From positions 72,016 to 136,015 of the forward strand of contig DUCS01000009.1 in the NCBI GenBank assembly GCA_012959695.1: a stretch of DNA of 64,000 bases. The letters run 5' to 3'. The position numbers were made by a program, and so were the translations under genes. Positions 18,158-28,479 of the stretch are shown piece by piece; position 1 is the stretch's first letter; each line of letters starts with the position of its first letter. The notes beneath the pieces are model-generated. The model had not been told where the DNA came from. It was given only the letters and a program-made list of their open reading frames with translations, and ran no database searches. Source of the DNA: Cycloclasticus sp. (lineage in GTDB: Bacteria > Pseudomonadota > Gammaproteobacteria > Methylococcales > Cycloclasticaceae).

Positions 18158-18883
18158 TTATTGTTCTTGCATTGTTAGTTTTGCCAAATAATCGTAGTGC
18201 GGCCCTTGTTTAATAATCTCGCATTTGAAACCATTCGCATCTGCGGCATCTTGTAACAACTCTTCGGCAACGTAAAGCCAATTAAACGATTCGCCTTTAA
18301 TGTCTTTGTACGACAAATTAAACTCAACCTCACCATGATACTTATCACTCATATCAATAAGGTACGAGCCATCCTCCTCTTCAAACATATAGATAAGATC
18401 AGAACTGTCTAAGAGTATTTGGCCGTTGGGGGATAATAGCGTACGCGCCTGGGCAAAAAATTGTTCGAAGCCATCCAAGGTTTGTACTAGGCCGATACCG
18501 TTCATTAACAGTAACATCGTGTCGAACGAGCCACCTTGGTAGTCGTAAAAATCAACCAGCTCGGTATTCTTAATACCGCGCTGCTGCATCACCTCAACTG
18601 AATTTGGCGACACATCGATGGCCGTCACATCTAGCCCTTGTTCTTGCAAGTAAAGGCTGTGTGAACCCGCGCCAGCCCCTACGTCCAAGATTTTTCCACG
18701 CGCCTGTTGTAACGCTAATTGTTCAAGTTCAGGGCAGTCAGCGTATGATCTAAAAAAATAGCTGGGCGGCAGAAAATCCTCGTCCGCAATGTCCATTTTT
18801 ACAATAATTGATGTATCTTCTTGGGTATCAAAAAAGTCCAATAACGCCAAGCCAATCGGGTCTTTATCTTTCGAAATTATCAC
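18158..18883 (-). CDS. Class I SAM-dependent methyltransferase
   Basis: ILDVGAGAGSH motif I, AIDVS and FDTMLLLMNGIG. Confidence 0.9.
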   Translation of the reverse strand: MIISKDKDPIGLALLDFFDTQEDTSIIVKMDIADEDFLPPSYFFRSYADCPELEQLALQQARGKILDVGAGAGSHSLYLQEQGLDVTAIDVSPNSVEVMQQRGIKNTELVDFYDYQGGSFDTMLLLMNGIGLVQTLDGFEQFFAQARTLLSPNGQILLDSSDLIYMFEEEDGSYLIDMSDKYHGEVEFNLSYKDIKGESFNWLYVAEELLQDAADANGFKCEIIKQGPHYDYLAKLTMQEQ

Positions 18884-18886
18884 CGT

Positions 18887-19879
18887 TCAGCCGCCCGACT
18901 TTTCTTGCTCAGCACGCTTTTTGTCCACTTTCTCTTTGCGGTGTTGTTCAATCAGCTCTTTCATGTCACCACCAATGTGCTCTTCACCGCGTTGTTTAGC
19001 TAATTCAATTTGGTGCTGACGTTCGATATAACGCGCCTTTTGCTCATCGTTCGTTTTATCAAAACAATGGTGGCAAGAAATACCCTGCTGATAATGCGCG
19101 TGCAACTTATCTTGTTCGGTAATCGGCATGCGGCAGCCGTAACATTGATCGTATTGTCCTTTATCTAAGTTGTGATCAACCGACACGCGGTTATCAAACA
19201 CAAAACACTCACCTTGCCATTGCGTATCGTTAACGGGCACTTCTTCTAAATATTTTAAAATGCCGCCTTCTAGGTGATACACCTCATCAAAACCTTGCTG
19301 CTTTAAATAAGCGGTAGACTTCTCGCAACGAATGCCACCCGTGCAAAACATCGCTACTTTTTTATGCTTGGCCGTGTTTAAATTGTCTTTTACATAGGCG
19401 GGAAATTCACGAAAGGTCTCCGTCTCTGGATTTAACGCACCCTTAAAGGTGCCGATTGCCACTTCGTAATCGTTACGTGTGTCTACTAGCAGTACATCGG
19501 GGTCGGCAATCAGTGCATTCCAGTCTTTTGGTTTTACATATGTGCCCACAATGTTGTTAGGATCAATATCCTCCACACCCATCGTCACTATTTCTTTTTT
19601 AAGCTTTACCTTGGTACGGTTAAACGGCTGCGCCTCCACATACGATTCTTTATGTACTAGGTTTTTAAATTCATCTTTGTTTCGTAACCACTGCAATAAA
19701 TGGTCGACCGCCTTGCGCTTACCCGCAACCGTGCCGTTGATGCCCTCAGCAGCTAACAGTAACGTGCCTTTAACACCGTGGTGGTTCATTAGTTTGAGGA
19801 GGGGTTGTTTTAGAGCGCCGTGGTTATCCAGACGGACGAAATGGTAAAGCGCACAAACAATGTATTCTGGGGATGGCAT
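18887..19879 (-). CDS. trhO: tRNA uridine(34) hydroxylase TrhO (YceA/UPF0176 rhodanese-domain protein)
   Basis: [64 protein letters not shown] and [10 protein letters not shown]. Confidence 0.92.
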   Translation of the reverse strand: MPSPEYIVCALYHFVRLDNHGALKQPLLKLMNHHGVKGTLLLAAEGINGTVAGKRKAVDHLLQWLRNKDEFKNLVHKESYVEAQPFNRTKVKLKKEIVTMGVEDIDPNNIVGTYVKPKDWNALIADPDVLLVDTRNDYEVAIGTFKGALNPETETFREFPAYVKDNLNTAKHKKVAMFCTGGIRCEKSTAYLKQQGFDEVYHLEGGILKYLEEVPVNDTQWQGECFVFDNRVSVDHNLDKGQYDQCYGCRMPITEQDKLHAHYQQGISCHHCFDKTNDEQKARYIERQHQIELAKQRGEEHIGGDMKELIEQHRKEKVDKKRAEQEKSGG

Positions 19880-19900
19880 TTTATTTTCCTTACATTAGCT

Positions 19901-19942
19901 GGCTGGAACGTAAATCCAGTGCCGATAGGGGGTATTTTAGCA
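19901..19942 (-). promoter_or_regulatory. trhO extended -10 promoter and anticodon-arm-like leader hairpin
   Basis: Minus strand TGCTAAAAT (19942-19934), then CTGGA-TTTACGT-TCCAG (19919-19903), then SD AAGGA (19891-19887) and ATG 19879. Confidence 0.55.
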
Positions 19943-20024
19943 AATTGCTATCGTATTGTTAATATTGAAGGTTTTTATTTTTAATTACGCAACTTCTCAG
20001 CTCACTATTGAGCATAGGTTATTG

Positions 20025-20445
20025 CTGCCGCAAGGGCGTTCATTTCTTTTTACGACAAAAAGAAACGAACCAAAGAAAAGGTCGCCCAAATCGCAAAATT
20101 TTAAACACTTTCTGGCGAACGCTAAACTCGCTATGCTCAAACAACGCGTTCACTATTCCGAAACCATTCAAACTTTTAACGCGATGAAGGGATTTATTCC
20201 AAACAATCAAGTACCCACTAGGGTGGGTACCTACCTCCTCCTTAAGCCTCACCGATGAATCTATCTTTTTACAAGGCTTTCCATTGTGGCTGTTTGAGTT
20301 TGAGGCTGACGCTTTTCAGGCGAGTCCCACAATGGTTGTAAAACGAAAGGTTTTGAGGGAACCGTGAGGTGAGACTTTCGGGTGGCATTTTTCTGGTTAC
20401 TCTTTTGCTGCTATTGGCAAAAGAGTAACTCGCCCAAAGGCGAAA
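20025..20445. repeat. Non-coding multi-palindromic element (MITE/REPIN-like)
   Basis: Long terminal hairpins at 20038-20070 and 20396-20429 sit in related, inverted contexts. Internal stems at 20211-20230 and 20281-20335. Confidence 0.6.
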
Positions 20446-20481
20446 GCTTTTAAGGTTAAATCTATAGTAAATAAAAAAACT

Positions 20482-21009
20482 TTATGAATAAACCACTACC
20501 CTAACATCAACATTCAACTCATCATCCGACAAATACATCTCACCGTCTTGAATGCTACATTGCAGCGACATGGTCCGCTTAACCATTGCCTCCGCACCCG
20601 TAGCTTCAATATGAAACACCGTTAAATTCTTAAACCGCGCCAATTTTTTACGTTGCTGCTTCCACCAAACAGATGCTTTGCCTTCATGATAGGTGTAAAT
20701 AACCACCTGTTTAGAGCGTCCACATGCTTTGCGAAGTCGTTTTTCATCTGGCTGGCCTAAATCAACCCAAAGCTCAATTTCACTCGTTAACGACTTTTGC
20801 CAAAGCTCCGGCTCATCATCCGTGGATAAACCTTTGGTAAAACTCAGCCGCTCATCTGCATTCGCCATAAAGGCAATCAAACGAATCATAAAGCGAAAAT
20901 CATTTTCAGACGGGTGCTGGGCAACGGTTAATTCATGCTGCTGATAATAATGCCGATCCATATCCGCGATATTGACGGATACTTTATTGATGGTTGAACT
21001 AATCGCCAT
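20482..21009 (-). CDS. yaeQ: YaeQ family protein
   Basis: ADMDRHYY, AQHPSE, FTKGLSTDDEPELWQKSL and LGQPDEKRLRKAC. Confidence 0.93.
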   Translation of the reverse strand: MAISSTINKVSVNIADMDRHYYQQHELTVAQHPSENDFRFMIRLIAFMANADERLSFTKGLSTDDEPELWQKSLTSEIELWVDLGQPDEKRLRKACGRSKQVVIYTYHEGKASVWWKQQRKKLARFKNLTVFHIEATGAEAMVKRTMSLQCSIQDGEMYLSDDELNVDVRVVVYS

Positions 21010-21096
21010 AAAACACCTAAAGCACGGACGTTAAGCAACGAGGGCTATACATCCTTACGTTTATTACTTGGCATTGATAGTGGTAGGAAAAAGAAT

Positions 21097-23385
21097 TTAA
21101 ACCACAAATACTTTAACGATAGATTCCATTTTTCGTGATACCAATTCTAGATCTTTACAATGAGCAATCGACTGACTATTCGCATGCTGGGTCTGTTCTG
21201 CATAGCCACTAATTTTTGCAATACTTTCATTGATGCGTACCGTAGCGGCGGCTTGCTCATTCGTTGAATTTACAATATCAGTCGTCATCCCTTTCACGTG
21301 GTCCATCATCGAGGACATAGAGTCTAGAGCGGTATGCCCTTGACTGGCCATTTCTGATGCTTCGTTAGCCTGATTGTTTGTTTCCTTCATTACATTCGCG
21401 CTTTCTTTCGCTTTAAGCTGTAACTCTTGAATCATATTTTGAATTTCTGCTGTCGCCCCTTGAGTTCGACTGGCTAAGGTTCTAACTTCATCCGCGACCA
21501 CGGCAAACCCTCTGCCTTGCTCACCAGCCCTCGCCGCCTCAATGGCCGCATTAAGCGCTAATAAATTCGTTTGTTCTGCCACCCCTTTAATCACATCTAA
21601 CACGCTGCCAATCGAATTACTTTGCACTTCTAGCTGATCAACTACATCTGCCGTATTACCAATGTTGCTCGACAAGTAATTAATCGCTTCGATGGTTTTT
21701 GTGATGACCAGATTGCCTTCTAACGCCAGCTCATTACGTTCATTTGCCTGCTCTGCTGTATTGGACACGTTGGTTACAATTTCATTAACCATTGTTGACA
21801 TTGTTTGCATTGAATCGGCAATGCCCACTGTGTATTGCTGTTGTTTATCTAAATCGCTTTTTGTTTGCGACGCTGCTTTTATCAGGTTACTGGTTGTGTT
21901 TTGCAGTTCCACGGTGGACGAGAGGATGTCCACAATAACGTGTTGGTTCTTAGCCAACATGGTATTAATATCGTTAGCCAATAACGAAAATTCATCGTCA
22001 CCGTCAGAGGGAATACGTTTGGTTAAATCAACGCGGTTATCTTTAATAATTTCTTTTATTTCCATAGAAAAACTCTCAATCGGGGCTGAAATCACCTTCG
22101 AAAGGTAAAACCCCAATAGCGTGGCGATACCGCCCATCACCACGATGACGATTAACGCAATTTTAATAATCTCATTGCGTAACACCACCGCTGGATGAAA
22201 TGCTTCTTCTTCATCCATTGTTGTAACAAGAGCCCAATTAAGGCCTTTTATATCCAATGGCGTATACGCCGATAAAACATTAACGTGCCGATGGTCCGCC
22301 ACTGTAGCTTCGCCCGTTTTACCCGCAATCGCCGCCTTAGCAGCATCTGATGTTATTGCTTGCAACCCAATGCTCGAGTTCTTAACGGCAATAACCTCTA
22401 CGATGTTCTGAGCCACACCTTCGCTTTTAAGTTCTTCAAGGTAAGCCTGCTTATCTTCCACCAAAAACCCGCTGATACTGCGCATGTTTAAATCGTCACC
22501 AACAATATATGATTCGCCAGTGTCGCCCATACCTGACGCTTTCCATTGGTTATTATTGGTCATAATCGCATTCACTTTATCCAGCGGGATTTGAATAACA
22601 AGAACACCAACCTTGTTCCCGTTATCAAAAATCGGTGCGGCAATAAATGATGCCTGATCGTTATAAGAAGGGTAATACGGTTTAAAGTCTTCAATAACCG
22701 TCCCTGCTGACTCTAACGCATTAGCCCGCTTAAATGCTCGGCCTAACCCACTATTAGCTAAATCACCGTCATTCAGGTACGTTGCATAATCAATTTCTTT
22801 ATACACGGAGTACACCACTTGGCCTGAATCAGGATCCACAATGAAGATGTCATAGAAGCCGAATTTTTTCGCATAATCACGAATATGAGGGTGGTACATT
22901 TTATGATAGGTGCTGTATTGACTATAATCAGCGGCCATATCAAGCGTGTCTTTTTCGCCTAAAGGGTGCTTGTTGTTTGCGATGTAATGGAACTGCATAT
23001 CAACGGCGTAATCATCAAGGCTATCTACAAAACCTGCCGTATCCTTTGTCGCCGATACGTTTCGTTTGTTGTATTCGTTAGCAAAATCCTGCTGATAATA
23101 CTGCTTTAACGCTGCTCGTTTGTCATCCACATCAAAGCCACCGCTGCTTTCCGCCAATGACTCTTTAAAATTAATTGCGCCATTAATCATCATCCGATCA
23201 TTTGCGAACGTAAGCACCTGGTTATTAACCCGAGTGAAATAGCTTTCGATGGCAGCCTTTTTATTTTCTCTGGTAGCAATAAGTTGCTGTCTAACTTGAG
23301 TTTCAACAGCATCTGTTGATTCATTAATGGCCAATAAACCGATAGCAACGCTAACCGCGATGGTTAATTTACTTTTTATTGTCAT
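21097..23385 (-). CDS. Methyl-accepting chemotaxis protein with Cache-type sensor and HAMP domain
   Basis: [43 protein letters not shown] signalling hairpin; periplasmic YYDIF-like and [10 protein letters not shown] segments. Confidence 0.95.
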   Translation of the reverse strand: MTIKSKLTIAVSVAIGLLAINESTDAVETQVRQQLIATRENKKAAIESYFTRVNNQVLTFANDRMMINGAINFKESLAESSGGFDVDDKRAALKQYYQQDFANEYNKRNVSATKDTAGFVDSLDDYAVDMQFHYIANNKHPLGEKDTLDMAADYSQYSTYHKMYHPHIRDYAKKFGFYDIFIVDPDSGQVVYSVYKEIDYATYLNDGDLANSGLGRAFKRANALESAGTVIEDFKPYYPSYNDQASFIAAPIFDNGNKVGVLVIQIPLDKVNAIMTNNNQWKASGMGDTGESYIVGDDLNMRSISGFLVEDKQAYLEELKSEGVAQNIVEVIAVKNSSIGLQAITSDAAKAAIAGKTGEATVADHRHVNVLSAYTPLDIKGLNWALVTTMDEEEAFHPAVVLRNEIIKIALIVIVVMGGIATLLGFYLSKVISAPIESFSMEIKEIIKDNRVDLTKRIPSDGDDEFSLLANDINTMLAKNQHVIVDILSSTVELQNTTSNLIKAASQTKSDLDKQQQYTVGIADSMQTMSTMVNEIVTNVSNTAEQANERNELALEGNLVITKTIEAINYLSSNIGNTADVVDQLEVQSNSIGSVLDVIKGVAEQTNLLALNAAIEAARAGEQGRGFAVVADEVRTLASRTQGATAEIQNMIQELQLKAKESANVMKETNNQANEASEMASQGHTALDSMSSMMDHVKGMTTDIVNSTNEQAAATVRINESIAKISGYAEQTQHANSQSIAHCKDLELVSRKMESIVKVFVV

Positions 23386-23467
23386 TGAAACAACCTAGTT
23401 AGTTAAGACCTATTGTTAAGAATAGACGAACTCATGAATAATAGAGCGGCATGAGCATATTTATATC

Positions 23468-25048
23468 TCAGGAACTACACGACAACATAGAGCAGCCAAC
23501 TTTATGTTTCGCCCAATCAGGACGCTTTTGAGCTAAATGCTCGTATTGAGGCTGTTCGTCATACGGGTTTTTTAGCGCACTCATCAATTCATGCACCATT
23601 GCATAATGACCTTGTTCTGCTTTTTCTATCGCTTGTTGAGCCAAATAATTACGCAAGACATATTTTGGATTTACCCGTTGCATTAAGGTTTGCCTTTGCT
23701 CTTGCGTCGTTGGATCTGCTGTTGTGCGTTGGTGGTATTTTGTTAACCACTCTTTTAGCAACGCTGTCGCTTTTTCGTTCATTATCTCTGCATAAAAAGA
23801 CACGGATAGCAGCTCAATGGCCTGCGAAAAATCAGCCGTTTTGAGTTGTATCAATTGTCTAAAAAATAATGTCATATCCGTTTCGTGTTCAGCAAAAAAT
23901 GCAAAGAGTGTTTGTACAACGTCATTATCGGCATCATCACCTAAGACTTTAGAAAAACCGAGCTTTTGCACCATCATCAAGTTCCATTGACACTGGTGTT
24001 TTTCAGCATAGCCATTGAGTATTTTTTCTAACGGTTCCACTTCATCAATTAACGAATAAATGGCGTTGGCGAGTTGATACAAGTTCCAGTGAGCTATTTG
24101 CGCTTGCTGACCAAACGCATAGCGATGATGTTGTGAATCGGTGGTATTTGGCGTCCAATTCGGGTCGTAAGACTCTAACCAACCGTAGGGGCCGTAGTCG
24201 ATCGTTAAGCCGAGTATCGACATGTTATCGGTATTCATAACGCCGTGTACAAAGCCGACGCGCATCCAGCCGACAATCATATCGCACGTTGTATCGCACA
24301 CTTCTTGAAACCACGTTAAATAGGTTTGCTTATCTAGCTCTGCACCTGCTTTAAGCAAGTGCGGAAAATCTGTGCTGATGGTGTAATCGACAAACTGTTT
24401 GAGCAGGCCACTCTCTTGTTGCGCGTAATATTGAAAGTGCCCAAAGCGTGTGAATGAAGGGGCTAAACGGCACACCACGGCGCCAAGTTCGGGTGCTGGG
24501 TTGCCATCGTACATAACATCTCGCACGACCTCTTCTCCCGTCGTAACGAGGCTTAATGCGCGTGTAGTCGGCACGCCGAGGTGATACATTGCCTCGCTGC
24601 ATAAAAATTCGCGAATGGATGAGCGCAATACCGCCAAGCCATCGGCGGTTCTTGAATATGGCGTTGGCCCAGCGCCTTTGAGTTGCAACGCCCAACGCTC
24701 GCCTTGCTGATTGATAATGTCGCCTAAGTTAATGGCGCGGCCATCACCCAACTGGCCAGCCCAATTACCAAACTGGTGCCCACCGTAACAGCTGGCATAG
24801 GCTTGCATGCCATCAAGCTGTTCATTGCCTGAAAAGACGTTTAAAAAGCTTGAAGATTCACAGTCTTGCTCTGTTAACCCCAATAATTCTGCCGCTTCTG
24901 TTGAATACGCCACCATTGCCGGTGCTTGCATGTGTTTGGGCTTTACCCACGAATAACACGCGCCTTGTACTTGCCGTGGGTAGTTTTCTTCTACCTTATC
25001 GACGGGCAGTTGTTTAACAAACTGATTATCGAAGTTTAGGGTGTTCAC
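23468..25048 (-). CDS. selO: Protein adenylyltransferase SelO (YdiU)
   Basis: YGGHQFG..AGQLGDGRA, QLKGAGPTPYSRTADG, GFVHGVMNTDNMS and C-terminal CSMLSCSS. Confidence 0.95.
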   Translation of the reverse strand: MNTLNFDNQFVKQLPVDKVEENYPRQVQGACYSWVKPKHMQAPAMVAYSTEAAELLGLTEQDCESSSFLNVFSGNEQLDGMQAYASCYGGHQFGNWAGQLGDGRAINLGDIINQQGERWALQLKGAGPTPYSRTADGLAVLRSSIREFLCSEAMYHLGVPTTRALSLVTTGEEVVRDVMYDGNPAPELGAVVCRLAPSFTRFGHFQYYAQQESGLLKQFVDYTISTDFPHLLKAGAELDKQTYLTWFQEVCDTTCDMIVGWMRVGFVHGVMNTDNMSILGLTIDYGPYGWLESYDPNWTPNTTDSQHHRYAFGQQAQIAHWNLYQLANAIYSLIDEVEPLEKILNGYAEKHQCQWNLMMVQKLGFSKVLGDDADNDVVQTLFAFFAEHETDMTLFFRQLIQLKTADFSQAIELLSVSFYAEIMNEKATALLKEWLTKYHQRTTADPTTQEQRQTLMQRVNPKYVLRNYLAQQAIEKAEQGHYAMVHELMSALKNPYDEQPQYEHLAQKRPDWAKHKVGCSMLSCSS

Positions 25049-25725
25049 GCTGCGGAGCCTTCTGGTAATAAATCGGCAAATACAAAACCATCACGTTCCA
25101 CTACCTCGCCTGACGTTATGCTGATGGCGTTTTTAAACATAGGCCCTGCATAAGCAAAACTGTGAAACTCGCCGTTTTCACCGCACGGGTCTACGCCGTC
25201 TGGTAAGTCGTTTAAGAATTGCTGATTAAACTCACGACCACAAAAACTGGCGGGTAATTGTTTTGGGTCTACACAAGTAATCCGCGTTTTTAACCCACCG
25301 TCCAACATCGCTTGCGCAAGTTGATCGGTTGGCCTTAACCACAGCGGAAATAACGGTTCTAGCCCTGTGCTCTTTAGATTATCCACGCGGTATTGGCGAA
25401 TATCTTCTAAATACAAATCACCAAAGGCCGTGTGCGTGATGGCCTGCCCTTCAATTGATGAAAAAAAGTTATTCATCGCTTGGTTGTACAGCTCGTTACT
25501 GCATGGATGAGGGATATTGATGATATGTAACGGTAATTCGGCCGCTTTAGCTTGTTGTTCAAGCAGTGAAACACGAACTGCGTGCATGGCAACGCGTTGA
25601 TGCGTTTCGTTAACGGTGGTGACGAGGCCAACTAATTCAATATCATCGTCTTGCTGTAATTGATAGAGTGTCCATGCGCTGTCTTTACCGCTACTCCAAG
25701 ATAACAATACCCGTTTTTTAGACAT
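25045..25725 (-). CDS. PP-loop adenine nucleotide alpha hydrolase (diphthamide synthase-like/MJ0570 family)
   Basis: SWSSGKDS, FGDLYLEDIR and DPCGENGEFHSF. 4 bp overlap with selO. Confidence 0.88.
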   Translation of the reverse strand: MSKKRVLLSWSSGKDSAWTLYQLQQDDDIELVGLVTTVNETHQRVAMHAVRVSLLEQQAKAAELPLHIINIPHPCSNELYNQAMNNFFSSIEGQAITHTAFGDLYLEDIRQYRVDNLKSTGLEPLFPLWLRPTDQLAQAMLDGGLKTRITCVDPKQLPASFCGREFNQQFLNDLPDGVDPCGENGEFHSFAYAGPMFKNAISITSGEVVERDGFVFADLLPEGSAA

Positions 25726-25730
25726 GATAC

Positions 25731-26177
25731 CTATAGCCCTTCGACTGTTTTCTCATAAGCGAGCACTTTTGTTTTTATAGCATCTGGAATGGGTGCCGTT
25801 TGTTGGCTTTCAAAATCAAACCAAACCATTACCCCATTGCTTGTAATGACTGGCTTGTCTTCACCTTCCCGGTAAATTTCTGCCAGCACAGTTGCACTCT
25901 TGTTTCCTATTTTACTTATCCGAGTCACTACCTTTAGATTTTCGGGGTAATGCACTTGTTGAAGAAAGGCACATTGAATATCAGCCAACAACCACCCTAC
26001 TTTCATATCGGCTGTTAAGGGTAAATCTAACACTTCTTCACAATAAGCCACGCGGCCTGATTCTAGATACCGTATGTATTGAACGTTATTAATATGACCA
26101 AAAATATCAGCGTCGCCCCAACGTACTGGCACTGTCATTTCATGGGTAAAGTCTTGTTTGCTCATTCGCTGTTCCAT
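25731..26177 (-). CDS. Acyl-CoA thioesterase (4HBT/YbgC-FadM family)
   Basis: VRWGDADIFGHINNVQYIRYLESGR hot-dog fold motif. Confidence 0.9.
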   Translation of the reverse strand: MEQRMSKQDFTHEMTVPVRWGDADIFGHINNVQYIRYLESGRVAYCEEVLDLPLTADMKVGWLLADIQCAFLQQVHYPENLKVVTRISKIGNKSATVLAEIYREGEDKPVITSNGVMVWFDFESQQTAPIPDAIKTKVLAYEKTVEGL

Positions 26178-26247
26178 TAAAGTATTGTTATGGCTATTTT
26201 GTTATTATACCCACTAGATTGGCTAGCATTAGCCTGCTCAACATCGA

Positions 26248-28425
26248 ATGTACCCCAGTATGCGTTATAACAATAATTATAAATTTCTCATCTTTCTCCT
26301 CTTTTGCTTCGTTAGCGGACTTTCGTCGTTAGCCTTCGCAAAACCACTGGCAGATACTGGCGTTAACCCCTTCGCTGATGATTTCATCACGGATGAAGTC
26401 GCAGAAAAAGCCATTAAAAGCATTTTCTCCACTGCTACGCGTATTGATAAAAAAAATCCCGACACGCATGTATGGCCGGTCTATTCCACTGTAGACCACG
26501 TTGGCTATGCTTTTGAAAGTAAAGACTTTATCCGCATACAAGGCTTCGCTGGAGATATCATCAACTTATTAATTGGTATCGATAACGACGGTAAAATAAT
26601 GGGCGTACGTGTGCTATTTCAGCACGAACCTATCTTTATGCACGGCCTTGGCCCAGAGGCGCTGGATGAATTTCTAGAGCAATACCCCGGACACAGTGTT
26701 TCAGACCGTATTATCGTCGACAGTAGCCGTTCTCGTTCAACATCAAATACTGGCGAAGGCAGCTTAATTTTTGATGGTGTAACCAAGGCAACTGTCTCTG
26801 TTATTGCGGCAAACGATACGCTATTAACTGCCGCATTAGAGGTCGCTCGGAAGGTCTTAGGTAAGTTTGTTCAAGATACTTCATCGTTACCAAAAATGGA
26901 CATCTTCGAACCGCTAACTTGGCAGCAACTATTGGATAAAAAGCTCGTGGGGCATTGGACTGTGACTCGCGAACAATTAGAAAACGAATTAGGTCGAGAT
27001 TTGTCCGACTACCCCGGTTACGGCTTTGATGACCCCGACCTTGAGGTGGTTAGTGATATTTATTATGCTTATTTGAATGCACCGATGATTGGCAAAAACC
27101 TACTGGGCGAGCAAGACTACAAGCGCCTAATGGACACGATTAAACCCGGCGAGAATATCATTGGCGTCATGTCGCAAGGGCCTTATGATTTTTTAGAAGA
27201 CGATTTTAGGCCAGGCAAAATCCCAACGCGCATGTCCTTGTATCAAAACGAGTTACCACTTTTAATTCGTGACATGGCCTTTTTCCGTTTTTACGATAGA
27301 AATTTGCCTGAAACAGTGCCCGATTTAGACAATTTTAGGCTGTTAAAAATAAAAGGTAATGCCGGCTTTGATCCCTCGCAAGAACTAACCATTCAGCTTA
27401 ACTTTGATTTACGCCAAAACCATTTACTGGGCGATAACATTAATCAAAAAAGCGCGCACCAATTACCTGCCGAGCTTTTCTATAAACCTGACATTATTGA
27501 AGAAAAGCGCATCCCCATATGGAAACGTTTATGGAACTCTAAGGTAATGGAAATAACCATCACCATCCTCTCGCTGATACTCCTAACCCTTATATTCGTT
27601 AAACAACGTGCGTTATCCCAATATCCCAGGGTTGTTAAATATGGACGTTGGGTATTCATGTTCTTTACTGTGTTCTTTATTGGTTTTTACGCCCAAGGGC
27701 AACTGTCAGTGGTTAACATCTACCCCATATTACTGTCCTTACGAGACGGCTTTAAATTAGATTTATTTCTATTAGACCCGGTGTTATTTATTATTTGGAC
27801 GTACACCTTTATCACCTTATTTATATGGGGTCGTGGCGTGTTTTGTGGTTGGTTGTGCCCGTTTGGTGCGCTCCAAGAGATATTAGCTTGGCTCGGTAAA
27901 TTATTAAAATTCCCTCAGCTGCGTATTAAAGAACCAATCCACAGAGCCTTACAAAAACTCAAGTATGTGATTGTAGTTGGACTATCTGCCTTGTGCTTTT
28001 ATGATTTGGGCTTAGCACAAACCCTGTCTGAAATTGAACCGTTCAAAACCAGCATCACCTTGGTTTTCGACCGTGAATGGTACTTTGTAGCCTTTGCGGT
28101 TGGCTTACTGCTACTGGGTATGTTTATTCATAAATTTTACTGCCGCTATGTCTGCCCACTGGGTGCTGGCCTCGCTGTACTTGGACGATTCCATATTTTC
28201 AAATGGTTAGATCGTCGTGATGACTGCGGCAAGCCTTGCCAAGTATGTACCGTGCGCTGTGAAATCAAGGCCATTCCTAAATCGGGCGCGGTTGATTACA
28301 GCGAGTGTATTCAATGCTTAGAGTGCCTTGTTATCTATAACGATGAACACCAGTGCGCGCCCGTGATGGTCGCTAATAAACGAGCTCGCAAGCAAATGGT
28401 CAACCTTGAAATGCCAAGCAAATAA
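26248..28425 (+). CDS. NosR/NirI-family FMN-binding, 4Fe-4S membrane protein
   Basis: FDGVTKATVS flavinylation motif, GRGVFCGWLCPFGALQE, FYCRYVCPLGA and C-terminal C..C..C ferredoxin motifs. Confidence 0.9.
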   Translation: MYPSMRYNNNYKFLIFLLFCFVSGLSSLAFAKPLADTGVNPFADDFITDEVAEKAIKSIFSTATRIDKKNPDTHVWPVYSTVDHVGYAFESKDFIRIQGFAGDIINLLIGIDNDGKIMGVRVLFQHEPIFMHGLGPEALDEFLEQYPGHSVSDRIIVDSSRSRSTSNTGEGSLIFDGVTKATVSVIAANDTLLTAALEVARKVLGKFVQDTSSLPKMDIFEPLTWQQLLDKKLVGHWTVTREQLENELGRDLSDYPGYGFDDPDLEVVSDIYYAYLNAPMIGKNLLGEQDYKRLMDTIKPGENIIGVMSQGPYDFLEDDFRPGKIPTRMSLYQNELPLLIRDMAFFRFYDRNLPETVPDLDNFRLLKIKGNAGFDPSQELTIQLNFDLRQNHLLGDNINQKSAHQLPAELFYKPDIIEEKRIPIWKRLWNSKVMEITITILSLILLTLIFVKQRALSQYPRVVKYGRWVFMFFTVFFIGFYAQGQLSVVNIYPILLSLRDGFKLDLFLLDPVLFIIWTYTFITLFIWGRGVFCGWLCPFGALQEILAWLGKLLKFPQLRIKEPIHRALQKLKYVIVVGLSALCFYDLGLAQTLSEIEPFKTSITLVFDREWYFVAFAVGLLLLGMFIHKFYCRYVCPLGAGLAVLGRFHIFKWLDRRDDCGKPCQVCTVRCEIKAIPKSGAVDYSECIQCLECLVIYNDEHQCAPVMVANKRARKQMVNLEMPSK

Positions 28426-28479
28426 ACCTTACCGAAAATCAGCTTATCTGCTTGGTATCAAGATAAAAGAACCCCAGCG

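Noticed and set aside
19956-20258. ORFs 19956..20258 (+) and 20040..20252 (-)
   Set aside because: They lie within the palindromic element, have no convincing RBS or protein-like composition, and are better explained as chance frames.
23468-23500. Possible selenocysteine read-through at the selO TGA stop
   Set aside because: The protein already ends in the Cys-form CSS terminus, the TGA is at the normal stop position, and no SECIS-like hairpin is evident after it.
26248-28425. Evidence for denitrification
   Set aside because: No nosZ/nosD/nirS/nor genes are in the window, and the NosR-like gene alone is insufficient.
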